From a virus (lineage: Duplodnaviria > Heunggongvirae > Uroviricota > Caudoviricetes), in the IMG/VR virus record IMGVR_UViG_3300032288_002343, positions 1-64,000 of that record: a stretch of DNA of 64,000 nucleotides; one strand, written 5' to 3'. This document shows positions 49,697-58,928 of this stretch, one piece after another. Position 1 is the first letter of the stretch. Each line of letters begins with the position of its first letter. A program made the translations under genes and the position numbers. The notes under the pieces were generated by a model. That model ran no database searches. It saw only the letters and a program-made list of their open reading frames with translations, and was not told the origin of the DNA.

Positions 49697-50536
49697 TTAT
49701 GCGATTCTATTTACTGTAAAAATTACTCCTGGAGATTGTGGTATAGTGCTTCCAACAGGAGGTATACTTGTTATAACTGTTTTTCCTTGGTTATTAGTCC
49801 ATTCCATTGCCACTATATCACCAGCAGAAAGTACTAGAAAAACGTTCACTGTCATGAGAGTAGCACCAGGTGTGCCTCCATGAATAGTGGGAGTTGTAAT
49901 GTAACTAGCTGTCTTAGGGACATCAACTCCATTTAATGTAAACCAAACTATAGCATCCTCAACATCATTGCTGAAGTTTTCAAACTGTATGCTAAACTGT
50001 AAATTGTATGTTCCAGCATTAACAATAGTGACATCTCCTGTAAGAGGGTTAAGTGTCACCCCATTTGAAAGATCTGTTTGATCTAGTTTTACTTGTGCAG
50101 GCACACCAGCAGGTGTGTATTGTGCTTGAGAAACACCAGCTCCAATAGCATGGTTAGCTCCACCAGAACTGGCTACACCTCTTGTAATTCCTGTAAAGGT
50201 GTTTCCAGAGATACCTGTGTAACCTATAATCTCTGCACCAATTCTCATATATCCAGGAGAATAAAATCCTGCTGTACTTGCCACCTGAATTGGAGCAGTG
50301 GTATTAGAATTCATTGAAGCTGTAAGAACAGTGGCACTATTAAATATAAAAGCTCCGTGATAGGCATTTGTCAATGATCCAGAAGCACCCTGAGGACCCT
50401 GAGGACCCTGAGGACCTTGAGGACCAACACCACCTATATTACAAAGCTGGCAGCCTAATTGCTCCATTTGCTTTGCAATTTCCCACAAGAGGTTTTCCTG
50501 AGGGCCCCAGCCTATCTGTCTTGACGGAATAGCCAT
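49697..50536 (-). CDS. collagen-like (GPQ)n fiber protein with C-terminal globular domain
   Basis: GGVGPQGPQGPQGPQGASGS encoded by a (CCTGAGGAC)n-like repeat at about 50390-50425. Ser/Thr/Gly/Asn-rich beta-rich C-terminal 200 aa. Confidence 0.6.
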   Translation of the reverse strand: MAIPSRQIGWGPQENLLWEIAKQMEQLGCQLCNIGGVGPQGPQGPQGPQGASGSLTNAYHGAFIFNSATVLTASMNSNTTAPIQVASTAGFYSPGYMRIGAEIIGYTGISGNTFTGITRGVASSGGANHAIGAGVSQAQYTPAGVPAQVKLDQTDLSNGVTLNPLTGDVTIVNAGTYNLQFSIQFENFSNDVEDAIVWFTLNGVDVPKTASYITTPTIHGGTPGATLMTVNVFLVLSAGDIVAMEWTNNQGKTVITSIPPVGSTIPQSPGVIFTVNRIA

Positions 50537-50991
50537 AAGTTCACAAATATATGGTGTTAGTTAGAGAAAACAATGACCCTCAACAAATTACAATAACTAA
50601 GTTAGTTAAAACGGCTCTAACTAAACTTGTTTAAATATTTGGACAGCAAAATATAGGAGGCAAAGAATGATCCTGAGATTCCATAGAAGATAAGATCGGC
50701 TGCCCAAAATGAGCCAGTTACCTCCATTATCAACTTGAAAAGGAAATCGTACCCAAAGGGTAGGAAGAACATTGCCAGCATCAATGATGCGTCTCTTAAG
50801 GCTTTTAGCCTCTGTCTTTGCTTTCTTAACATGATCACCTTCCATAAAGGGGGTTTTCGTTATCTACCTTGCCCTCTATATTTAGAGGACTTTCTGTCTT
50901 TAGGACCTCTGCTTTTAGCAGCTTTCCCACCCTTGCGCTTGCCAAAGGTGATTTTCCTAGATTCGCCTGATGATTTGGTTTTAGCCATGGT

Positions 50992-51420
50992 TTATTTATT
51001 TAACATTACAGATGTATATATAGTCCAGGCAGCCAGAAGGCTGAGAAGACCTACAATAGTGTTCTTACTATCACGCTTTAGAAAACGGATGGTATTTTCA
51101 GCTTCTTCATATTTACTCTTATAAACATCCACCTGCTTGGTAACAACTCCCACCTCATCCATGGACTTAGTGAGATTTTTGGAAAGCTGGATGTTTCTAA
51201 CTCCCATACTTGCCATTTGCTTACGAAGGGTGAGGGTGAGTTCATTAAGTGTTGATAATGAGTCCTTTAGAAGGGTAAATTGATTATTTATGTCCTCACC
51301 CTGTTTAACGGTCATTATTACCACAGTGTCCTTACCTATTGTCTTTACCGTTGGATACTGGCAGTAACTTGAAAGGCTTACCAGCATCAACAGCGTCATC
51401 AAGCTTAGTCTTAAGTTCAT
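50992..51420 (-). CDS. secreted/membrane protein (signal peptide plus C-terminal TM)
   Basis: MNLRLSLMTLLMLVSLSSYCQ. Overlaps the upstream ORF by about 90 nt, so the start is uncertain. Confidence 0.4.
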   Translation of the reverse strand: MNLRLSLMTLLMLVSLSSYCQYPTVKTIGKDTVVIMTVKQGEDINNQFTLLKDSLSTLNELTLTLRKQMASMGVRNIQLSKNLTKSMDEVGVVTKQVDVYKSKYEEAENTIRFLKRDSKNTIVGLLSLLAAWTIYTSVMLNK

Positions 51421-51661
51421 TATTTTCTGCTTTAAGAACCTTTACCTCTTGTTTAAGAGTGGTAATCTGGTTCACTGTTTTTGTTACTTTTTGGTTAATG
51501 AGCTGATCGCTTTTTCTACTAGTGCTGTCAGCTGAGACAAAGTTTTTTTGACTTTGCTCAAGTATTGAATCAACTGTGTTAATTTCATCTACTTGTAATT
51601 TAGGTTCTGATGAGCTGCAACCCACCAGAATAATTAATAATATTGATAATACAAGTCTCAT
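51332..51661 (-). CDS. lipoprotein (spanin-like outer component candidate)
   Basis: MRLVLSILLIILVGCSSSEP has a lipobox LVGC. Coiled-coil remainder. Confidence 0.45.
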   Translation of the reverse strand: MRLVLSILLIILVGCSSSEPKLQVDEINTVDSILEQSQKNFVSADSTSRKSDQLINQKVTKTVNQITTLKQEVKVLKAENNELKTKLDDAVDAGKPFKLLPVSNGKDNR

Positions 51662-51663
51662 AA

Positions 51664-51948
51664 TTATTTGATTTTACCAAGTTCTTGAAGAGTGGTAATC
51701 TTAGAAATAGCAGAACTCAACGCACTATCAGACTTTCTAAGCTGATTAGTTAATAGATCCACCTTTGTTTCTAACAACTCAATCTTCTTTCCTTGAGTTT
51801 CAATCTGATTGTTGTAATTAATTTTGCCATCTACATATAAGTAGCCTACAGCCACCAGGCAGATGAACATGAGCCCTTTTACAGGTTCTTTTGCAAACTC
51901 TGCAAAGCTTATAGGCAGGGCACTAACCTTCAGTTCCTTCTTGCTCAT
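51664..51948 (-). CDS. membrane protein with coiled coil (spanin-like inner component candidate)
   Basis: TM helix GLMFICLVAVGYLYV followed by a coiled coil. Confidence 0.4.
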   Translation of the reverse strand: MSKKELKVSALPISFAEFAKEPVKGLMFICLVAVGYLYVDGKINYNNQIETQGKKIELLETKVDLLTNQLRKSDSALSSAISKITTLQELGKIK

Positions 51949-52189
51949 TATTATTTCCTTTTGTTTTATTAATCCATTTGTCTACAGAAGCAATTCCAAA
52001 TGCTCCTAATACTATCACCATAAAACCATCAAAGATAAATTCCTGGATAGGCATCACCTTACCCATAACACCAGTGACAATATCTGTAGCTAGTGTTATT
52101 ACCATCATAAGGAAGGCAATAAATCCAACCACAGCTTTCTCATTGATAGAGTTGTCATCATTAAATAAATCGTGTAAGAACTTTTTCAT
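51923..52189 (-). CDS. holin candidate
   Basis: 88 aa with two hydrophobic helices and a charged C-terminus. Immediately upstream of the endolysin. Confidence 0.5.
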   Translation of the reverse strand: MKKFLHDLFNDDNSINEKAVVGFIAFLMMVITLATDIVTGVMGKVMPIQEFIFDGFMVIVLGAFGIASVDKWINKTKGNNNEQEGTEG

Positions 52190-52779
52190 GCTAATAAATT
52201 GTAGTATTCTTTAAAATGTTTTAAACGGTCAGGAAGACCGATTGTACCACCATTAACACACTTAGTTACAGCTGTAACGGTTGCATCAGAAGCGTCTACA
52301 CATTTTTTCAGACAGTTCTTATGGAAGAACCAGGCAGCTGACAATAAAGGGTATTTAGTGGCTACAAGATCTGGATTAGCTACGATATCTTCAGGGACAA
52401 CAGCGTCAAATGCTTTATAGTTGTCTTTTCCTGTAAGTTGGATGTAGCCTCTTCCACGAAACTTGTATCCTTCACCAGAAGCCTCAGGACCATTTCCCAT
52501 TCTTCCTCCATATACCAGATTAGCTATCTTTTCAGGTTTACGCTCGTACTCCTTAGCTTTAGCTTCTGTGGGGAAATACTTCTTAAAGATGGAAAGAAGA
52601 CCCTTGGCTCCATAATTAAGGTTCTCGTTCACTGCCTTAAATCCAGCTGATTCATGTCCAGCCTGAGCTAGGAAGTGAGCAAGTTTTACGGGGGTGTTAA
52701 TTTCAAACTTGGAGATTGTGTCAGGTAGCTGATCTATTACAGCATCAGGTACGTGACCTTTTAGTTTTTCAATGTTCAT
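52186..52779 (-). CDS. endolysin, glycoside hydrolase family 19 / lysozyme-like
   Basis: LAHFLAQAGHESAGF signature, ...GRGYIQLTG... 197 aa. Confidence 0.7.
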   Translation of the reverse strand: MNIEKLKGHVPDAVIDQLPDTISKFEINTPVKLAHFLAQAGHESAGFKAVNENLNYGAKGLLSIFKKYFPTEAKAKEYERKPEKIANLVYGGRMGNGPEASGEGYKFRGRGYIQLTGKDNYKAFDAVVPEDIVANPDLVATKYPLLSAAWFFHKNCLKKCVDASDATVTAVTKCVNGGTIGLPDRLKHFKEYYNLLA

Positions 52780-53387
52780 TTCTTAAGCTTTATCTTCCAA
52801 TAAGCCCCCAATCCGTATTGTAAATTGCCATAAGTATTTACACTTAGTGACCCTCCAATTAGAAAATCCTTCCTGGTTTTCAGAAGAGCAGAAGCCCCTA
52901 TTTGTGAATTATCACCATCAGTTTGGAAGGCCCCCCCTATATACACCTGGTTAACTTTTTTTGCGGGGAGAGTGATTGTTTCCGTAATTATTGGGTATTT
53001 AATATTCACATGTGTGCCTCTACCAACAATAAGGTTCTTCTGAACTGTGTCAGTTATCTTTACATACCCATTACTATCAATGCGTATGGAATCCTCCATA
53101 ATGTTCTTCGCAAGTAATTGATTTACAATCTCTTGGTACTGAATCACCAGCTTTGCATAGTTGGTATCTGGTATATACTGGTTGATGATAGTATCATGTG
53201 ATTCTATCTCAATAGTCTTCACCAGCTGAGGTTTGCTGTATATCAGGGAATCTTTTACCACCCAAGCTGTGTCTCTAACAATTGTAGGTTCTTCAGAAGG
53301 ACTAGGTTGAGCACACTTTTGCAGCACCACTATTATCAGTAGCACCACTATAGCTAAGGTTAATAAATTCTTCTTGATAAACTCCAT
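52776..53387 (-). CDS. membrane-anchored protein
   Basis: N-terminal TM LLTLAIVVLLIIVVL. 203 aa. Confidence 0.45.
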   Translation of the reverse strand: MEFIKKNLLTLAIVVLLIIVVLQKCAQPSPSEEPTIVRDTAWVVKDSLIYSKPQLVKTIEIESHDTIINQYIPDTNYAKLVIQYQEIVNQLLAKNIMEDSIRIDSNGYVKITDTVQKNLIVGRGTHVNIKYPIITETITLPAKKVNQVYIGGAFQTDGDNSQIGASALLKTRKDFLIGGSLSVNTYGNLQYGLGAYWKIKLKK

Positions 53388-53388
53388 A

Positions 53389-53709
53389 CTAATTACTTAG
53401 ATTGGCAATTATTTTACTGATATATTCAGCTCCCATAACAAGTGTGCCTATAATGGCAGCAGCCCAATACACCTTCTTCTTGAAATCCTCATGTTTTTCC
53501 ACCTGTTTTTCTAGCTTATTTATTTTAGCTTCTAGGTACTCAATATCTTTAACAAAACCTCCCTGTTTAGTGAGGGGATTGCCCAAGATAGCGTCTACCA
53601 CTTGTGTAAGTTTGGTATCTATAGAGTCCATTTTCTCTTCTAGATCATAAAGACGCTGGTCCATACTTTTTAATTCTTCTTTTACTTGTTCTTCAAATAG
53701 ATTTTCCAT
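53389..53709 (-). CDS. coiled-coil protein with C-terminal TM anchor
   Basis: 106 aa. C-terminal WAAAIIGTLVMGA. Confidence 0.45.
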   Translation of the reverse strand: MENLFEEQVKEELKSMDQRLYDLEEKMDSIDTKLTQVVDAILGNPLTKQGGFVKDIEYLEAKINKLEKQVEKHEDFKKKVYWAAAIIGTLVMGAEYISKIIANLSN

Positions 53710-53857
53710 GACAGTATTACATGGGATTAGGTGTTAAAATAAAACACGCCAATTCCCTCCGAAAAGGAACCAGCGTGTTATGTAATTCAGCCCAGAACGG
53801 GCATAATATAGCAATAAGTTGACAGAGTAGGTGTCTGGTGCGAATCTAGGAAATTAT

Positions 53858-53888
53858 TTTGAAACTACCAAATATTTTTTTACCTTTG
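53858..53888 (+). promoter_or_regulatory. Bacteroidota-type promoter (TTTG-N19-TACCTTTG) with near-leaderless start of the mega-enzyme gene
   Basis: atTTTGaaactaccaaatatttttt-TACCTTTG-ctac-ATG. The -7 box ends 4 nt before the ATG at 53893. Confidence 0.5.
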
Positions 53889-53892
53889 CTAC

Positions 53893-56800
53893 ATGCCAAA
53901 TAGCTATACATTCTTCAAGCCAGAAATAAGACAGTGGTTCATTGACAATGTTCCCACCAGTAAGAGAATCTTAGATGTAGGCCCAGGACAGGGGACCTAT
54001 TCCAACCTACTTAGAGACCTTGGATATAGGATGGATGCAGTGGAAGTGTGGGCTCCCTACATAGAGCAATTTGATTTGCGATCTAAGTATGATAATGTCT
54101 ATAACGCCAACATCTTAGACTTTGATTTAACAGATTACGACTTTATTATACTAGGTGATGTTCTAGAGCATATTAGCACAGAGAACGCTCAGAACCTAAT
54201 TGACACTATAGTAAACTCTCTAAAAGATTGCCTAGTGGCAATTCCCTACATGATGGAGCAGGACGGGGAAGAGTATGGAAATGTTTATGAGACCCACCTT
54301 CAAGCAGACCTCACTCCTGATGTAATGAGGCAGCGCTATAAGATTTTAGAACCCATCTATAAGAATCAGTATTATGGTTATTACATCAATAAGCGTATTA
54401 GAATAAAGCGTGGGTTTGTAATGTACGCTACAGAAAGCTATTTAGATACTGTACAGGCAGCTGTAGATTCAATTCGTAAATACAGCTCTCTTAACATTTT
54501 TGTATATATGGTAAACTCCACTGCAAGAGTGAGAGGTGCTGTAACTATTGAATGGCCTGTTGCTATAAAACCTACAGAAAAGAAATCGTTTATTGACCGT
54601 GGAGATAGTAATGTCTATAAACTATTAATCCAGCGTCCTCAGATTGTAAGAGATGCACTACGTTATATGGAAACTGTGGCTTATGTAGATAGCGATAGTG
54701 TTGCCACTCCTTATATCGAACGTATTTTTGACATGTTCCCTGAGAAATCCTCCATCCCTTATTTTGTAGAGGGTATTTATGAATGGATGCTTGCTAATGG
54801 TAGAGGGGGAGCTGATTCTTATGATGATCTATCTACCACTCTTGAGCATCCAGCCTGTGAGCTGTTTGGTGTTAACCAGAAGGTTAGAAAGTTATATAGA
54901 CAAACTGGATATTTTGTAGCAGGCCAGTGGTGTGACAAGTTTCTAGCAGAGTGGAGATGGATGTGTATGCATCCTGAGGTATTTAAAAACCCTCAATACT
55001 ATGCACCCTATCATGAAGAAACTATTGTTAATACCCTCCTATGGAAGCATAACTTCCATGAGGGTTTGCCATACATCTATATAAACGGTGGGCTCGATAG
55101 AGTGAATAAAGCATACGGTGGTGAGGCCAAGTATATTCCTGGAATTCGTAACAATTTAGGACACTTCTTTAGACTACCTGATTCAAGACAAGACATCCTC
55201 TTCTTTCATGGAGAGAAAGATCCTGTTAGAATGAAAGAAATATCTGATAGAATAGACTTCTATAATAAGTACAAGATTGACCCCACAAAAAACTGGGGAG
55301 ATATTATTTCTCATAGGATCATCTCTCATTTTACAACAAAGAAGATTGATCCTATGGATATTTTCCATTTTGATACAAGTGCTATTGTTCCAAAAAAGAA
55401 AGGAAAACTTCTTGCTGTAGGAAGTGCTATGGTGTTTGCTAGACAGAATGACTATGTGTGGGGAACAGGTGTAATATCAGACAGAGAGGTGAATATAGAG
55501 GAACATCCTAGAAAGATATATGCTGTAAGAGGACCTATTACTAGAAAAGAATTACTTCGTGCAGGATTAGAATGTCCTGAGGTGTATGGTGATCCTGCTC
55601 TTTTATTTCCACGTATATACCAACCTAATGTCGATAAGAAGTACAAGTATGGAATAATTCCACACTATTCTGAATATCAGAACGCTGATGTTCTTAATGC
55701 TTTGTACAAGCTAGAAGATATGGAAGTGAAAGTGATTAATATCACTACAGGAATAGAACAATTTGTAGATGAGGTGAATGAGTGTGAATACATCATCTCT
55801 TCTAGCTTACATGGTATAATTGTAGCAGATGCATACAGAATACCTAATGTTCGTGTGCGCATGTCTAATGATATTGTAGGGGGAGATTTCAAGTATATGG
55901 ACTACTTTGCATCTGTAAAACGTGAATACCAACACAAACCTATTTGGATTACAGAGAACACTACACTAGAAGATATTGAAAAGTTTCCATATGAATTAGG
56001 AGACATCAGTTGTGCTGATGACCTATTAGCTAATGCTCCTTGGAAAGATCCTGAGTGTGCACTGTTTACTCCTACTAAAATTTTGTTTGTAGCACCGCAT
56101 CTATCTACAGGTGGAATGCCTGCCTTCCTATTGAAAAGAATAGATGCACTTCTTGCACACTCTGATTTTGAGGTGCATGTTGCTGAGTTTAGTTGCTATA
56201 GTAATGAGTTTGTAGTGCAGCGTAATAAAATTAAAGCAACACTAGGTAAAAGATTCCATGAGGTGGGAGCTGACAAGATGAATCTACTAAACATAATCCA
56301 TGATAACAACATAGATGTAGTGCATGTTGATGAGATTATGGAAGGGTTTGACAGCTTTAATCGTGTACCCACACCTGTATTAAGAGCTCTATATGACTCT
56401 AGAAGAACATGGCGTATTGTTGAGACATGTCACAATGTATGGTTCAATCCTGATAAAGACAAAATATTCCATCCTGATGGATATGCATTCTGTACTCCTT
56501 ATCATGAAATCACATTTGGTAACATGCCTTCTGAGAAGAAGGTGATTCAGTTTCCAATTGAGAATAGAGTGCCAATCTATCAGATGAAACGTAGAGCTAA
56601 AGAACAATTAGGATTTGATCTTAACAAAAAACATGTGCTCAATGTAGGACTATGGACTCCTGGTAAAAACCAAATAGAGGGTTTAGAGATAGCTAGACAA
56701 CTCCCTGACATTCAGTTTCATTTTGTAGGCAATCAAGCTCCTAACTTTGAAGACTACTGGGGACCAGCGATGAAAGATCTTCCTCCTAATGTAAAGATTT

Positions 56801-58254
56801 GGGGAGAGCGCTCTGATACAGAAACATTCATGCATGCTGCAGATATGTTCATGTTCAACTCAACGTGGGAATGTAATCCTCTTGTAGTGAGAGAGGCTAT
56901 ATCTTATGGTCTACCTGTACTCACTCGTGATCTACCACAATATGTAGGAATGTTTGATGATTATATTGTGAAATTAGATGATAGTAGAAAGGTTTGGCAA
57001 GTTAGAGAAATACTGAACTCAGTTGAACCAATAAAAATCCCAAATGATACGAACGAACGTTTCTCTAAAGATCATGAAGTTTTCTATCGTCACTTATTAA
57101 ACTTACCACACATTAAACAGAATAAGGTGTCAGATGTAAAGGTGAATACACATTTCATAGGACGCCCTACAGTAGAGGTTTTAGGAGAAAGTGATAAGAC
57201 TTATACAGTTAAGTTTATTGATGATGGAGGATTTATAATACATCAATCAAAGATTAAAGCTAATGAATGGACAGCTGCCAATCGTGCCTATTATACTGAT
57301 TGGAAAATTGAGGTGTATGAAGAAGATGAGTTGATATATGAACATCAGTTTGATGTAAAAGGTAAGCGTGTATATATTGCTTTCGATAGTGCTTCCTTAG
57401 GAGACAATATTGCATGGATTCCATATGTATTAGAGTTTAAGAGAAAACATAACTGTCATGTGATAGTGTCTACCTTCAAGAACTTCTTATTCAAGGATGT
57501 ATATCCTGAGCTAGAGTTTATCAATCCAGGAGAACAAGCACCGAACATATATGCTATGTATAAATTGGGCTGGTTCTATAATTCAAACTTAGAGCCTGTT
57601 GAACCCCATAAAATTCCTCTTCAAAAGGCTGCCACTAACATTCTAGGACTAGAATTCAACGAACTCAATCCTAGAATAAAGCATAATCTTGCTAAGAATG
57701 TATATGGTAAGTATGTAACAATTGCTACTAATTCAACAGCTCAGTGTAAGTTCTGGACTAAAGAAGGCTGGCAGGGACTGATTAACTATCTAGTTGAAAG
57801 AGGATATAAGGTGGTGAATGTATCTATGGAGAATAATCCATTTGACAACTGTGAGCAGTTGAGAGACAAGTCCATGGAAAACACTATGAACACTATTCAC
57901 CACAGTGAATTCTTCATAGGTTTATCTAGTGGATTGAGTTGGTTAGCGTGGGGACTTGGTAAACAGGTTGTTATGATTGCTAACTTCTCAGATGCCTATC
58001 ATGAATTTACGAGCAGATGTACAAGGATTGTAAAAGAAAATGTGTGCCATGGTTGTTGGAACACTCACAAGTTTGATAAGTCAGACTGGTACTGGTGTCC
58101 TTTGCAGAAAGGAACTAACAGAGAATTTGAATGTCACACATCCATCAATGCTAATGATGTAATTGAGAAGGTAGAATTTATTATTGAAAACATGGGCAAA
58201 CACAATCTAGATACTCATTCTAGATGTGATTCATGTGATAAAAACATACTATGA
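53893..58254 (+). CDS. 1453-aa multidomain glycan-synthesis enzyme: SAM methyltransferase + GT-A (DxD) + pyruvyl-transferase-like + GT4 + GT9 heptosyltransferase-like
   Basis: MTase motif I ILDVGPGQG and IILGDVLEH. GT-A DxD AYVDSDS. SSLHGIIVADAYRIPNV (PS-pyruvyl-transferase-like). GT4 N-terminal KILFVAPHLSTGG and C-terminal ECNPLVVREAISYGLPVLT. GT9-like KRVYIAFDSASLGDNIAWIPYVLEFKRKH and KYVTIATNSTAQCKFW. Confidence 0.75.
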   Translation: MPNSYTFFKPEIRQWFIDNVPTSKRILDVGPGQGTYSNLLRDLGYRMDAVEVWAPYIEQFDLRSKYDNVYNANILDFDLTDYDFIILGDVLEHISTENAQNLIDTIVNSLKDCLVAIPYMMEQDGEEYGNVYETHLQADLTPDVMRQRYKILEPIYKNQYYGYYINKRIRIKRGFVMYATESYLDTVQAAVDSIRKYSSLNIFVYMVNSTARVRGAVTIEWPVAIKPTEKKSFIDRGDSNVYKLLIQRPQIVRDALRYMETVAYVDSDSVATPYIERIFDMFPEKSSIPYFVEGIYEWMLANGRGGADSYDDLSTTLEHPACELFGVNQKVRKLYRQTGYFVAGQWCDKFLAEWRWMCMHPEVFKNPQYYAPYHEETIVNTLLWKHNFHEGLPYIYINGGLDRVNKAYGGEAKYIPGIRNNLGHFFRLPDSRQDILFFHGEKDPVRMKEISDRIDFYNKYKIDPTKNWGDIISHRIISHFTTKKIDPMDIFHFDTSAIVPKKKGKLLAVGSAMVFARQNDYVWGTGVISDREVNIEEHPRKIYAVRGPITRKELLRAGLECPEVYGDPALLFPRIYQPNVDKKYKYGIIPHYSEYQNADVLNALYKLEDMEVKVINITTGIEQFVDEVNECEYIISSSLHGIIVADAYRIPNVRVRMSNDIVGGDFKYMDYFASVKREYQHKPIWITENTTLEDIEKFPYELGDISCADDLLANAPWKDPECALFTPTKILFVAPHLSTGGMPAFLLKRIDALLAHSDFEVHVAEFSCYSNEFVVQRNKIKATLGKRFHEVGADKMNLLNIIHDNNIDVVHVDEIMEGFDSFNRVPTPVLRALYDSRRTWRIVETCHNVWFNPDKDKIFHPDGYAFCTPYHEITFGNMPSEKKVIQFPIENRVPIYQMKRRAKEQLGFDLNKKHVLNVGLWTPGKNQIEGLEIARQLPDIQFHFVGNQAPNFEDYWGPAMKDLPPNVKIWGERSDTETFMHAADMFMFNSTWECNPLVVREAISYGLPVLTRDLPQYVGMFDDYIVKLDDSRKVWQVREILNSVEPIKIPNDTNERFSKDHEVFYRHLLNLPHIKQNKVSDVKVNTHFIGRPTVEVLGESDKTYTVKFIDDGGFIIHQSKIKANEWTAANRAYYTDWKIEVYEEDELIYEHQFDVKGKRVYIAFDSASLGDNIAWIPYVLEFKRKHNCHVIVSTFKNFLFKDVYPELEFINPGEQAPNIYAMYKLGWFYNSNLEPVEPHKIPLQKAATNILGLEFNELNPRIKHNLAKNVYGKYVTIATNSTAQCKFWTKEGWQGLINYLVERGYKVVNVSMENNPFDNCEQLRDKSMENTMNTIHHSEFFIGLSSGLSWLAWGLGKQVVMIANFSDAYHEFTSRCTRIVKENVCHGCWNTHKFDKSDWYWCPLQKGTNREFECHTSINANDVIEKVEFIIENMGKHNLDTHSRCDSCDKNIL

Positions 58255-58928
58255 ACCTAGACAACTTTATATGGGAACCAAATCTGTACCCAACATTTAA
58301 AGAAACAATTATCAATGAGATCTTTGAACAGAAGATCTACGAACGTATATTTCCTGTAGAGGAGGGAGATGTAGTGCTGGATATTGGGGCTAGTCTTGGA
58401 CCATTCACATTCTCTATTCTACACAAGAAACCAAAACATGTGTTTGCCCTAGAGCCAAGTTACTCAGAGTTTAAAACGTTGGTTCTCAATACATTACACG
58501 GAAATGTTACACCTATCAACAAAGGGATAGGTGCTAAGGTGGGAGAGTTTAAGTTTGACAACATCTTTCTAAACGATGGTATAAAGATGTACTCAACTAC
58601 ATTCACACAGTTGATTGATGATTATAACATCCAGACAATTGACTTCCTTAAGACAGATTGTGAGGGTGGGGAGTATGACATATTCACTCCTGCTAATCTC
58701 ATATGGATTAAGCAGAACGTAAAGAAGATTGCAGGAGAATGGCACTTAACCACTCCTGAACTAAGAGAAAAGTTTAGAGCATTCAGAGACACCTACTTAA
58801 GAATATTCCATAGACATCAAGTGTATTCAGTGGATGCTGTTAATATCACTTGGGATCTATGGAATGATAAATTTTTGAACTACTATAGTGAAGTGATTCT
58901 TTATATAGACAATCAGGATTATTTGTAG
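58251..58928 (+). CDS. FkbM-family SAM-dependent methyltransferase
   Basis: VLDIGASLGPFTF motif. 225 aa. Start overlaps the mega-enzyme stop. Confidence 0.6.
   Translation: MNLDNFIWEPNLYPTFKETIINEIFEQKIYERIFPVEEGDVVLDIGASLGPFTFSILHKKPKHVFALEPSYSEFKTLVLNTLHGNVTPINKGIGAKVGEFKFDNIFLNDGIKMYSTTFTQLIDDYNIQTIDFLKTDCEGGEYDIFTPANLIWIKQNVKKIAGEWHLTTPELREKFRAFRDTYLRIFHRHQVYSVDAVNITWDLWNDKFLNYYSEVILYIDNQDYL

Noticed and set aside
50390-50425. Tandem 9-bp repeat (ggaccctga)n
   Set aside because: It encodes the GPQ collagen-like triplets of the fiber protein. It is not a CRISPR or VNTR locus.
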